From Eledone cirrhosa (lineage: Eukaryota), in contig OZ024742.1 in the NCBI GenBank assembly GCA_964016885.1, forward strand, positions 1,860,001 to 1,924,000: a stretch of 64,000 nucleotides of DNA, given 5' to 3'. The position numbers and the translations under genes are program-made. This document shows, one piece after another, positions 52,301 through 64,000 of the stretch (position 1 is its first letter; every line of letters begins with the position of its first letter). A model generated the notes under the pieces. It had not been told where the DNA came from, searched no databases, and saw only the letters and a list, made by a program, of their open reading frames with translations.

Positions 52301-53052
52301 ACAGCACAGGACGGTACAACAATACATTAAGGACATCACAGGACGGTACAACAATACATTAGGGACACCAGAGGACGGTACAACAATACATTAAGGACAC
52401 CACAGGACGGTACAACAATACATTAAGGACATCACAGGACGGTACAACAATACATTAAGGACACCACAGGACGGTACAACAACACATTAAGGACAGCACA
52501 GGACGGTACAACAACACATTAAGGACAGCACAGGACGGTACAACAATACATTAAGGACAGCACAGGACGGTACAACAATACATTAAGGACACCACAGGAC
52601 GGTACAACAACACATTAAGGACAGCACAGGACGGTACAACAACACATTAAGGACAGCACAGGACGGTACAACAATACATTAAGGACAGCACAGGACGGTA
52701 CAACAATACATTAAGGACATCACAGGACGGTACAACAATACATTAAGGACAGCTCAGGACGGTACAACAATACATCAAGGACAGCACAGGACGGTACAAC
52801 AATACATTAAGGACAGCAGAAGACGGTACAACAATACATTAAGGACATCACAGGACGGTACAACAATACATTAAGGACAGCACAGGACGGTACAAAAACA
52901 CATTAAGGACAGCACAGGACGGTACAACAATACATTAAGGACAGCACAGGACGGTACAACAACACATTAAGGACACCACAGGACGGTACAACAACACATT
53001 AAGGACAGCACAGGACGGTACAACAATACATTAAGTACAGCACAGGACGGTA
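49320..53052. repeat. 32-bp minisatellite, about 116 copies
   Basis: Unit ACAACAATACATTAAGGACAGCACAGGACGGT with recurrent point variants. Confidence 0.97.
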
Positions 53053-53315
53053 TATTAAGACGGTAGATTGAGGGTTTCTGAGTGTAAACATAAACATAAA
53101 ACATAAACAAAGGATGTAAGAAAAATAGAATACAGGAAAATTCCCAAACCAGGGGGAGATTTCTAAGGATCACTCGTGCAGAAAAGCCACAGAAAGTCAC
53201 AGTTACCCTGATTGCCAGGGCAAGTGCCAGGTCCTTCAATCTACACATTCAGAGCAGGCCCATTCACTCGAGCTATTCCTCCACCCACCTTTCAACAAAG
53301 TGGCTGGAAGGCAGA
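53053..53315 (-). mobile_element. Tx1-like LINE 3' end remnant; continues at 49288-49320 beyond the minisatellite
   Basis: CAGAGCAGGCCCATTCACTCGAGC..CCACCTTT..CAAA matches the ORF2 end at 25514-25572; TTTATTAACCACAAGGG at 49296 matches the terminus at 25227. Confidence 0.65.
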
Positions 53316-53819
53316 ATAATAATAATGATTAAGTATGAAATAAAAGTAGAGCAGAGAAAATTTGATTGATGACAATCCAAGCATTGCTATTTGATGTTGT
53401 TTGATAGTAGAGTTCAAATAAAGTTTAGTATGGATGACCAGAAGGGAAATCTTCTTTAGATAGATCAGATAATTTCCATTCAGGATTTTTCTGTATCATT
53501 TTACATTTTATAAGGTTAGTTTGTTTTTTTAAATTTTAGTTTTGTGTTTTAACTTGTTCATTTTATGTACTTTTAAAAGTTTTTATTTTTTGATACCTTT
53601 TTTCTTTTTTTTTAATACCAAAACGATATATTTTATGGTTTTAAAGAATATGTAACACAGAATAAGCATAGATTTAGTTACTTCTTTATACACATGTAAG
53701 CAGAAAAGCACCCGAAGGGTGGTTTCTTTGCTAGTGTACAGTAATAAAGGTATGTCAAATTATCCAAGGTATAGAGCAACTCAAGTCTGTAGGGCAGGTT
53801 TGCTACAACGGCGTCATAC

Positions 53820-53866
53820 CAGGTACGTACGTTTCGTTAGCCCCCGGGACCAACTTGTTCAACCTG
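53820..53866 (-). ncRNA. Decayed hammerhead motif
   Basis: CAGG-TTGAACAA (core mutated)-GTTGGTCC..GGGCTAAC-GAAAC-GTAC-GTA-CCTG; all three stems are still paired. Confidence 0.45.
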
Positions 53867-53895
53867 TGCCGATGAAAAGAACCGGAATATATATA

Positions 53896-54205
53896 TCTTA
53901 GTCTTAGATTCTTCCGCGCCGTTCGGCGCTTCGAGCAGTAAGCACTCGCCAGCGGTCACGATCAACGGCAACATTTTCGAGACCGTGCCAGGTGATGTTG
54001 ACTGCCATCAGGTCCTTCCGGAACGTTCGTCGCCAGGTGATCCTTGGGCAACCCCGCTTCCTTTTACCGCCAGGCGGAGTCCAGTTCATCGCTGTTTTCG
54101 ATTGCCGTTCATTTGGCAGACGCAGAATATGGCCAGCCAGACGGCACCGACGCTCCGTGACCACTCTCTGTAGCGTCCACGACTCGGCTCTCCTCGTTTC
54201 GCACT
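53896..54205 (-). mobile_element. RTE/BovB-type LINE 3' end remnant
   Basis: RR.RLAGHILRLP..W.P.GGKRKRG.PR.TWRRT..DRDRWR; short-repeat tail TAAGACTAAGA. Confidence 0.8.
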
Positions 54206-57200
54206 TGTGTTGTTGTTGTTGGTGGTGTTGTTGTTGTTGGTGGTTGTGGTGTTGGTTTTGTTGGTGGTGTTGGTGGTGGTGGTGTTGGTGGTGTTGGTGG
54301 TGGTGTTGGTGGTGTTATTGGTGGTCGTGTTGTTGGTGGTGGTGGTGTTGGTGGTGGTGTTGTTGGTGTTGGTGTTGTTGTTGGTGGTGTTGTTGGTGTT
54401 GGTGTTGGTGGTGTTGGTGGTGTTGGTGTTGCTGGTGTTGTTGCTGTTGTTGGTGTTGATGTTGTTGTTGGTGGTGTTGGTGGTGTTGTTGGGGGCGTTG
54501 TTGGTGGTGGTGTTGGTGGTGGTGTTGTTGGTGTTGGTGTTGTTGTTGGTGGTGTTGTTGTTGGTGTAGGTGTTGTTGTTGGTGGTGGTGTTATTGGTGT
54601 TGTTGTTGGTGGTGTTGGTGGTGGTATTGTTGAGGTGTTGTTGGTGGTGGTGTTGATGTTGGAGGTGTTGTTGGTGTTGGTGATGTTGGTGGTTGTTTTG
54701 GTGGTGTTGTTGCTGTTGTTGGCGTTGGTGTTATTGTTGTTGGTGTTGGTGGTGGTGTTGGTGTTGTTGTTGTTGTTGTTGTTTGTGTTGGTGGTGTTAT
54801 TGTTGTTGTTGGTGGTGGTGTTGATTATGTTGGTGGTATTGTTGGGGGTGTTGTTGGTGGTGGTGTTGGTGGTGGTGTGGTTGGTGTTGGTGTTGTTGTT
54901 GGTGTAGGTGTTGTTGTTGGTGTTGGTGGTGGTGTTGTTGGTGGTGGTGTTATTGGTGTTGTTGTTGGTGGTGTTGGTGGTGGTGTTGTTGCGGTGTTGT
55001 TGGTGGTGGTGTTGATGGTGGAGGTGTTGTTGATGTTGGTGATGTTGGTGGTTGTTTTGGTGGTGTTGTTGTTGGTGGTGCTGTTGTTGGTGTTGGTGTT
55101 GTTGTTGGTGTAGGTGTTCTTGGTGGTGTCGTTGGTGGTGGTGTAGGTGGTGGTGTTGGTGGTGGTTGTGTTGGTGGTGTTGTTGGTGGCGGTGTTGTTG
55201 GTGTTGTTGGTAGTGTTGTTGGTGGTTTTGTTGGTGGCGTTGGTGGTGATGTTGTTTGTGTTGTTGGTGTTGACGTTGTTGGTGGTGCTGTGTTGGTGGT
55301 GTTGTTGGTGTTGGTGGTGTTGGTTGTGTTGTTGGTGTTGGTGGTGGTGTTGGTGGTGTTGGTGGTGGTGTCGGTGGTGTTGTTGGTGTTAGTGTTGTTG
55401 TTGGTGGTAATGTTGATATTGTTGGTGGTGGTGCTGTTGTAGGTGTTGTTGGTGGTGGTGTTGGTGGTGATGTTGGTGTTGTTGGTGGCGGTGTTGGTGG
55501 TGGTGTTGGTAATGTTGTTGTTGTCGGTGTTGTTGGTGTTGTTGGTGTTGGCGGTAGTGTTGGTGTTGCTGGTGTTGTTGTTGGTGGTGTTGTTGGTGGT
55601 GTTGTGGTTGGTGGTGTTGTTGGTGGTGGTGGTAGTGTTGGTGTTGCTGGTGTTGTTTGTTGGTGGTGTTGTTGGTGGTGTTGTGGTTGGTGGTGTTGTT
55701 GGTGGTGGTGTTGGTGGTGTTGTTTGTGTTGGTGTTGTTGGTGGTGGGGGTGGTGGTGTTGGTGGTGTTGGTGGTGTTAGTGGTTGTGTTGGAGGTGGCG
55801 TTGGTGTTGCTGGTGGTGTTGGTGGTGTTGTTGGTGGTGGTGTTGTAAGTGGTGGTGTTGTTGGTGGTGGTGTTGGTGTTGGTGTTGTTGTTGGTGTTGT
55901 TGTTGGTGTTGGTGTTGTTGTTGGTGTTGGTGGTGTTGGTGTTGTTGTTGTTGGTGTTGGTGTTGTTGTTGGTGTTGTTGGTGTTGTTGGTGTTGGTGTT
56001 GTTGTTGGTGTTGTTGTTGGTGTTGTTGTAGGTGTTGGTGTTGTTGGTGGTGTTGTTGGTGGTGGTGTTGGTGGTGCTGTTGTTGGTGTAGGAGTTGTTG
56101 TTGGTGTTGGTATTGTTGGTGTCAGTGGTGGTGTTGGTAGTGTTGCTGGTGGTGTTGGTCGTTTGTTGGTATTGGTGTTGTTGTTGGTGGTGTTAGTGGT
56201 GGTGTTGGTGTTGTTGTTGGTGGTGTTGGTGGTGGTGTTATTGCGGTGTTGTTGGTGGTGGTGTTGATGGTGGAGGTGTTGTTGATGTTGGTGATGTTGG
56301 TGGTTGTTTTGGTGGTGTTGTTGGTATTGGTGTTGTTGTTGGTGGTGCTGTTGTTGGTGTTGGTGTTGTTGTTGGTGTAGGTGTTCTTGGTGGTGTCGTT
56401 GGTGGTGGTGTAGGTGGTGGTGTTGGTGGTGGTTGTGTTGGTGGTGTTGTTGGTGGCGGTGTTGTTGGTGTTGTTGGTAGTGTTGTTGGTGGTTTTGTTG
56501 GTGGCGTTGGTGGTGATGTTGTTTGTGTTGTTGGTGTTGACGTTGTTGGTGGTGCTGTGTTGGTGGTGTTGTTGGTGTTGGTGGTGTTGTTGGTGTTGGT
56601 TGTGTTGTTGGTGTTGGTGGTGGTGTTGGTGGTGTTGGTGGTGGTGTCGGTGGTGTTGTTGGTGTTAGTGTTGTTGTTGGTGGTAATGTTGATATTGTTG
56701 GTGGTGGTGTTGGTGGTGCTGTTGTAGGTGTTGTTGGTGGTGGTGTTGGTGGTGATGTTGGTGTTGTTGGTGGTGGTGTTGGTGGTTGTGTTGGTAATGT
56801 TGTTGTTGTCGGTGTTGTTGGTGTTGTTGGTGTTGGCGGTAGTGTTGGTGTTGCTGGTGTTGTTGTTGGTGTTGTTGTTGGTGGTGTTGTGGTTGGTGGT
56901 GTTGTTGGTGGTGGTGGTAGTGTTGGTGTTGCTGGTGTTGTTTGTTGGTGGTGTTGTTGGTGGTGTTGTGGTTGGTGGTGTTGTTGGTGGTGGTGTTGGT
57001 GGTGTTGTTTGTGTTGGTGTTGTTGGTGGTGGGGGTGGTGGTGTTGGTGGTGTTGGTGGTGTTAGTGGTTGTGTTGGAGGTGGCGTTGGTGTTGGTGGTG
57101 GTGTTGCTGGTGGTGTTGGTGGTGTTGTTGGTGGTGGTGTTGTAAGTGGTGGTGTTGTTGGTGGTGGTGTTGGTGTTGGTGTTGTTGTTGGTGTTGTTGT

Positions 57201-60200
57201 TGGTGTTGGTGTTGTTGTTGGTGTTGGTGGTGTTGGTGTTGTTGTTGTTGGTGTTGGTGTTGTTGTTGTTGGTGTTGTTGGTGTTGGTGTTGTTGTTGTT
57301 GTTGGTGTTGTTGTAGGTGTTGGTGTTGTTGGTGGTGTTGTTGGTGGTGGTGTTGGTGGTGCTGTTGTTGGTGTTGGTGTTGTTGTTGGTGGTGGTGTTG
57401 GTGTTGCTGGTGTTGTTGCTGTTGTTGGTGTTGATGTTGTTGTTGGTGGTGTTGGTGGTGTTGTTGGGGACGTTGTTGGTGGTGGTGTTGGTGGTGGTGT
57501 TGTTGGTGTTGTTGTTGGTGGTGTTGTTGTTGGTGTAGGTGTTGTTGTTGGTGGTGGTGTTATTGGTGTTCTTGTTGGTGGTGTTGGTGGTGGTGTTGTT
57601 GAGGTGTTGTTGGTGGTGGTGTTGATGTTGGAGGTGTTGGTGGTGTTGGTGATGTTGGTGGTTGTTTTGGTGGTGTTGTTGCTGTTGTTGGCGTTGGTGT
57701 TATTGTTGTTGGTGTTGCTGGTGGTGTTGGTGTTGTTGTTGTTGTTGTTGTTGTTTGTGTTGGTGATGTTATTGTTGTTGATGGTGGTGGTGTTGATTAT
57801 GTTGGTGGTATTGTTGGGGGTGTTGTTGGTGGTGGTGTTGGTGGTGGTGTGGTTGGTGTTGGTGTTGTTGTTGGTGTAGGTGTTGTTGTTGGTGGTGGTG
57901 TTGTTGGTGGTGGTGTTATTGGTGTTGTTGTTGGTGGTGCTGTTGTTAGTGTTGGTGTTGTTGTTGGTGTAGGTGTTCTTGGTGGTGTCGTTGGTGGTGG
58001 TGTAGGTGGTGGTGTTGGTGGTGGTTGTGTTGGTGGTGTTGTTGGTGGTGGTGTTGTTGGTGTTGTTGGTAGTGTTGTTGGTGGTTTTGTTGGTGGCGTT
58101 GGTGGTGATGTTGTTTGTGTTGTTGGTGTTGACGTTGTTGGTGGTGCTGTGTTGGTGGTGTTGTTGGTGTTGGTGGTGTTGGTTGTGTTGTTGGTGTTGG
58201 TGGTGGTGTTGGTGGTGTTGGTGGTGGTGTCGGTGGTGTTGTTGGTGTTAGTGTTGTTGTTGATGGTAATGTTGATATTGTTGGTGGTGGTGTTGGTGGT
58301 GCTGTTGTAGGTGTTGTTGGTGGTGGTGTTGGTGGTGATGTTGGTGTTGTTGGTGGTGGTGTTGGTAATGTTGTTGTTGTCGGTGTTGCTGGTGTTGTTG
58401 GTGTTGGCGGTAGTGTTGGTGTTGCTGGTGTTGTTGTTGGTGGTGTTGTTGGTGGTGTTGTGGTTGGTGGTGTTGTTGGTGGTGGTGGTAGTGTTGGTGT
58501 TGCTGGTGTTGTTTGTTGGTGGTGTTGTTGGTGGTGTTGTGGTTGGTGGTGTTGTTGGTGGTGGTATTGGTGGTGTTGTTTGTGTTGGTGTTGTTGGTGG
58601 TGGGGGTGGTGGTGTTGGTGGTGTTGGTGGTGTTAGTGGTTGTGTTGGAGGTGGCGTTGGTGGTGTTGGTGGTGGTGTTGCTGGTGGTGTTGGTGGTGTT
58701 GTTGGTGGTGGTGTTGTAAGTGGTGGTGTTGTTGGTGGTGGTGTTGGTGTTGGTGTTGGTGTTGTTGTTGGTGTTGGTGTTGTTGTTGTTGGTGTTGGTG
58801 TTGTTGTTGGTGTTGTTGGTGTTGTTGGTGTTGGTGTTGTTGTTGGTGTTGTTGGTGTTGTTGGTGTTGGTGTTGGTGTTGTTGTTGGTGTTGGTGGTGT
58901 TGGTGTTGTTGGTGTTGTTGTTGGTGTTGTTGGTGTTGTTGGTGTTGGTGTTGTTGTTGGTGTTGTTGTTGGTGTTGTTGTAGGTGTTGGTGTTGTTGGT
59001 GGTGTTGTTGGTGGTGGTGTTGGTGGTGCTGTTGTTGGTGTTGGTGTTGTTGTTGGTGGTGGTGTTGGTGGTGCTGTTGTTGGTGTAGGAGTTGTTGTTG
59101 GTGTTGGTATTGTTGGTGTCAGTGGTGGTGTTGGTAGTGTTGCTGGTGGTGTTGGTCGTTTGTTGGTATTGGTGTTGTTGTTGGTGGTGTTAGTGGTGGT
59201 GTTGGTGTTGTTGTTGGTGGTGTTGGTGGTGGTGTTGATGGTGGAGGTGTTGTTGATGTTGGTGATGTTGGTGGTTGTTTTGGTGGTGTTGTTGGTATTG
59301 GTGTTGTTGTTGGTGGTGCTGTTGTTGGTGGTGTCGTTGGTGGTGGTGTAGGTGGTGGTGTTGGTGGTGGTTGTGTTGGTGGTGTTGTTGGTGGAGGTGT
59401 TGTTGGTGTTGTTGGTAGTGTTGTTGGTGGTTTTGTTGATGGCGTTGGTGGTGATGTTGTTTGTGTTGTTGGTGTTGACGTTGTTGGTGGTGCTGTGTTG
59501 GTGGTGTTGTTGGTGTTGGTGGTGTTGTTGGTGTTGGTGTTGGTGGTGGTGTTGGTGGTGGTGTTGGTGGTGTTGGTGGTGGTGTCGGTGGTGTTGTTGG
59601 TGTTAGTGTTGTTGTTGGTGGTAATGTTGATATTGTTGGTGGTGGTGTTGGTGGTGCTGTTGTAGGTGTTGTTAGTGGTGGTGTTGGTGGTGATGTTGGT
59701 GTTGTTGGTGGTGGTGTTGGTGGTGGTGTTGGTAATGTTGTTGTTGTCGGTGTTGTTGGTGTTGTTGGTGTTGGCGGTAGTGTTGGTGTTGCTGGTGTTG
59801 TTGTTGGTGGTGTTGTTGGTGGTGTTGTGGTTGGTGGTGTTGTTGGTGGTGGTGGTAGTGTTGGTGTTGCTGGTGTTGTTTGTTGGTGGTGTTGTTGGTG
59901 GTGTTGTGGTTGGTGGTGTTGTTGGTGGTGGTGTTGGTGGTGTTGTTTGTGTTGGTGTTGTTGGTGGTGTTGGTGGTGTTAGTGGTTGTGCTGGAGGTGG
60001 CGTTGGTGTTGGTGGTGGTGTTGCTGGTGGTGTTGGTGGTGTTGTTGGTGGTGGTGTTGTAAGTGGTGGTGTTGTTGGTGGTGGTGTTGGTGTTGGTGTT
60101 GGTGTTGTTGTTGGTGTTGTTGTTGGTGTTGTTGTTGGTGGTGTTGGTATTGTTGTTGTTGGTGTTGGTGTTGTTGTTGGTGTTGTTGGTGTTGGTGTTG

Positions 60201-63200
60201 TTGTTGGTGGTGGTGTTGGTGTTGGTGTTGGTGTTGTTGTTGGTGTTGTTGTTGGTGTTGTTGTTGGTGGTGTTGGTATTGTTGTTGTTGGTGTTGGTGT
60301 TGTTGTTGGTGTTGTTGTTGTTGGTGTTGTTGTTGGTGTTGTTGTAGGTGTTGGTGTTGTTGGTGGTGTTGTTGGTGGTGGTGTTGGTGGTGGTGTTGGT
60401 GGTGCTGTTGTTGGTGTTGGTGTTGTTGTTGGTGGTGGTGTTGTTGGTGTAGGAGTTGTTGTTGGTGTTGGTATTGTTGGTGTCAGTGGTGGTGTTGGTA
60501 GTGTTGCTGGTGGTGTTGGTCGTTTGTTGGTATTGGTGTTGTTATTGGTGGTGTTAGTGGTGGTGTTGGTGTTGTTGTTGGTGGTGGTTTTGTTGGTGGT
60601 TGTGTTGGTGGTGCTGTTGTTGGTGTTGGTTTTGTTGTTGGTGTTCTAGTGACCTACATTCCGCGGGCTCACATACATTCTCTGTGCGTGATTTGGCTCA
60701 GTTCAGCCAATCAGCGCCAGTAGAAGAGGATGTATCCCTACGCGCCCTGAGGAAGAAATTCCCCGCGAAGATTTGAAGAATCTCTCTCTGGTACCGGAAA
60801 TTTCAAGCCAGCAACACGTATAATGTAACGGTGAGATTTGCACCCTAGCCTCGCCGGCTTAACGGCGCAATGGCACATTCTTTTTTGTAACCTCTTTTTA
60901 TCTGTAACTTCAACCATATAAGTTAACAAACATTGTTTGTGCTACATCAAAAATAAACAAACATTTCATCTCTAATTACTGCTGTTGAAATCATTATTAT
61001 GTTGCTCGTGTCTCAATAACATCTATAATCCATGCTGCTGGAATTGGCGACCTGACGAAAGGAATATTGTAAATAGATGGTAAATAGATCGAGGGACCTT
61101 CCCTCACGTCTATGTCAACAAGATAATCCAACGAGGATACTATCACTTACCACACTGGCAACTAACGACCTTCAATCATCTACCCTGTTAAAGTGGCGAC
61201 TACTCTATAACCAATACTGCTAAAGTGTCTTTGGTGGTGGTGTTTGTGATGGTTGTGTTGGTGGTATTGTTGGTGGCGGTGTTGTTGGTGGTGTTGTTGG
61301 TGCCGTTGTTGGTGGCGTTGGTGGTGATGTTGTTGGTGTTGTTGGTGTTGTTGTTGGTGGTGTGTTGGTTGTGTTGTTGGCGGCGGTGTTGTTGGTGGTA
61401 TTGGTGGTGTTGGTGGTGGTGTTGGTGGTGTTGTTGGTGGTGGTGTTGTTGGTGGTGGTGTTGGTGGTGTTGTTGGTGGTGGTGTTGTTGGTCGTGGTGT
61501 TGGTGGTGGTGTTGGTGATGTTGTTGGTGTTGGTGGTCGTGCTGGTGATGGTGTTGGTGTTGCTGGTGGTGGTGGTGTTGGTGGTGTTGTTGGTGTTGGT
61601 GGTGGTGTTCGTGGTGTTGGTGGTGGTGTCGGTGGTGTTGTTGGTGTTAGTGTTGTTGTTGGTGTTAGTGTTGTTGTTGGTGGTGTTGTTGATGTTGTTG
61701 GTGGTGTTGTTGGTGGTGGTGTTGGTGGTGTTGTTGTTGGTGTAGGTGTTGTTGGTGGTGGTGTTGGTGGTGATGTTGGTGGTGGTATTAGTGTTGTTGG
61801 TGGTGGTGTTGGTGGTGGTGTTGGTAATGTTGTTGGTGTCGGTGTTGTTGGTGTTGGTGTTGTTGGTGGTGGTGGTAGTGTTGGTGTTGCTGGTGTTGTT
61901 GTTGGTGGTGTTGTTGATGGTGTTGTGGTTGGTGGTGTTGTTGGTGGTGGTGTTGGGGGTGGCGTTGTTGGTGTTGGTGTTGTTGGTGGTGCTGTTGTTG
62001 GTGGTGTTGGTGAAGGTGTTGGTGGTGTTGTTGGTGCTGTAGTCGGTGGTGGTGTTGTTGGTGGTTGTTTTGGTGGTGTTGTTGGATGTGGTGTTGTTGT
62101 TAGTGGTGTTGGTGGTGGTGTTGGTGGTGGTGTAGTTGGTGTCGTTGGTGGGGGTGTTGTTGGTGTTGGTGTTGGTGTTGTTGGTGTTAGTGGTGTTGTT
62201 GGTGGTTTGTTGGTATTGGTGTTGTTGTTGGTGGTTGTGTTGGTGGTGTTGTTGGTGGTGTTGTTGTTGTTGTTGGTGTAGGTGTTGTTGTTTGTGTTGG
62301 TGGTGCTGTTGTTGGTGTTGTTGGTGGTGTTGTTGGTGGTTTGTTGGTATTGGTGTTGTTGTTGGTGGTTGTGTTGGTGGTGTTGTTGGTGGTGTTGTTG
62401 TTGTTGTTGGTGTAGGTGTTGTTGTTTGTGTTGTTGGTGCTGATGTTGGTGGTGTTGGTGGTGGTGTTGGTGGTGCTGTTGTTGGTGTTGTTGTCGTTGG
62501 TGGTGGTGGTGTTGTTGGTGTAGGTGTTGTTGTTGGTGTTGGTGGTGTTGTTGTTGGTGTTGGTGGTGGTGTTGGTGGTGCTGTTGTTGGTGTAGGTGTT
62601 GTTGTTGGTGGTGGTGTTGTTGGTGTTGGTGGTGTTGCTGGTGGTTTTGTTGGTGGTGTTGCTGGTGGTGTTGTTGGTGGTCGTGTTGTTGGTGGTGGTG
62701 TTGGTGGTGGTGTTGTTGGTGTTGGTTGTTGGTGTTGGTGGTAGTGTTGGTGTTGTTTATGGTGGTGTTCTTGCTGTTTTTGGTGGTGGTGTTGATGGTT
62801 GTGTTGTTGGTGGTATTGTTGGTGGTGTTGCTGGTGGTGTTGGTGGTTTGTTTGTATTGGTGTTGTTGTTGGTGGTGTTGTTGGTGGTGTTGTTGTTGTT
62901 GGTGTAGGTGTTGTTGTTGGTGTTGGTGGTGCTGTTGTTGGTGTTGTTGGTGGTGTTCGTGTTGTTGTTGGTGGTGTTGTTGGTGCTGTAGTCGGTGGTG
63001 GTGTTGTTGGTGTTGGTGTTGTTGGTGTAGGTGTTGTTGTTGGTGTTGGTGGTGCTGTTGTTGGTGTTGTTGTTGGTGTTGTTATTGGTGGTGGTGTTGG
63101 TGATGGTGTTGTTGTTGGTGGTGGTGTTGGTGTTGTTGTTGTTGGTGTTGGTGTTGTTGTTGGTGTTGGTGTTGTTGGTTTGGTGATGTTGTTGTTTTGG

Positions 63201-64000
63201 TGGTGTTGTTGCTGTTGTTGGGGTTGGTGTTGTTGTTGTTGATGGCGGTGCTGGTGGTGTTGGTGGTGTTGGTGGTGGTATTGTTGGTGTTGTTGCTGTT
63301 GTTGGTGTTGATGTTGTTGTTGGTGGTGTTGGTGGTGGTGCTGGTTGTGTTGTTGGGGGTGTTGTTGGTGGATGTTGTTGGTGTTGTTGTTGGTGGTGGT
63401 GTTGTTGTTGTAGGGTTTGTTGTTGGTGTTGGTGGTAGTGGTGGTGCTGTTGGTGTTGTTGGTGTTGTTGTTGGTGGTGTTGGTGGAGGTGTTGGTGGTG
63501 TTATTGGTGGTGGTGTTGTTGGGGGTGGTGTTGTTGATGTTGGTGGTTCTGTTGGTGGTGTTGTTGGTGTTGGTTTTGTTGTTGGTGGTGTTGGTGGTGG
63601 TGTTGGTGGTGTTGTTGATGATGTTGTTGGTGGTGGTGTTGTTGGTGGTGTTGTTGTTGGTGTTGGTGTTGTTGGTCTAAGTGGTGGTGTTGGTAGTGTT
63701 GCTGGTGGTGTTGATGTTTTGTTGGTATTGGTGTTGTTGTTGGTGGTGTTGGTGGTGGTGTTGGTGCTGTTGGTGGTGGTGTTGGTGTTGTTGTTGGTGG
63801 TGTTGTTGTAGGTGTAGGTGTTGTTGTTGGTGGTGTTGTTGTAGGTGTAGGTGTTGTTGTTGGTGTTGGTATTGTTGGTGTTGTTGTTGGTGGTGGTGTT
63901 GGTGGTGCTGTTGTTGGTGTTGGTGTTGTTGTTGGTGGTGGTGTTGTTGGTGGTATTGTTGGTGGTGTTGTTGTTGTTGGTGGTGTTGTTGGTGGTGGTG
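54206..64000. repeat. GGT/TGT low-complexity satellite with kb-scale duplications, interrupted at 60647-61224; runs off the window end
   Basis: Almost pure G/T triplets; the rare marker GTAAGTGG recurs at 55845, 57142, 58716 and 60059. Confidence 0.95.
60647..61224. other. Unique-sequence island of about 580 bp within the GT satellite (unclassified insertion)
   Basis: Abrupt switch to normal base composition on both sides; CpG-rich left end. Confidence 0.6.

Noticed and set aside
54206-64000. Long Val/Gly/Leu or Cys/Trp ORFs, or a Thr/Pro/Asn mucin-like ORF on the minus strand
   Set aside because: The triplet phase shifts repeatedly, there is no credible start, splice context or unique domain, and the ORFs are by-products of G/T-only composition.

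Overview
Repeat-dominated eukaryotic (animal) genomic DNA. The SINE and LINE repertoire and the abundant TA/CA/TAA microsatellites resemble cephalopod (Octopus-type) genomes; this is an inference. Only one host exon is recognisable: a minus-strand class A GPCR exon covering TM1-TM3 with an NRY motif (36512-36942). The rest consists of: four R4/Dong-type RLE retrotransposon copies ending in (TAA)n (one with an intact ORF of about 1130 aa); a Tx1/L1-clade LINE remnant; RTE remnants; a Penelope-like GIY-YIG remnant; about 10 copies of a tRNA-type SINE; several non-autonomous Helitrons; and tandem arrays with 50, 46, 68, 72, 32 and 465-bp units plus a GGT/TGT satellite. The main hidden signal is a large set of type I hammerhead ribozyme (HHR) motifs, about 10 well-formed plus several decayed. 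They sit in non-coding elements flanked by (TA)n that have a Penelope pLTR-like fold-back structure. The best case is a 3x465-bp tandem array plus an inverted partial copy (46834-48587). Each unit carries a perfect minimal HHR, making it a candidate non-LTR retrozyme that would generate a 465-nt monomeric or circular RNA. All calls were made by eye; no alignments, folding or database searches were run.
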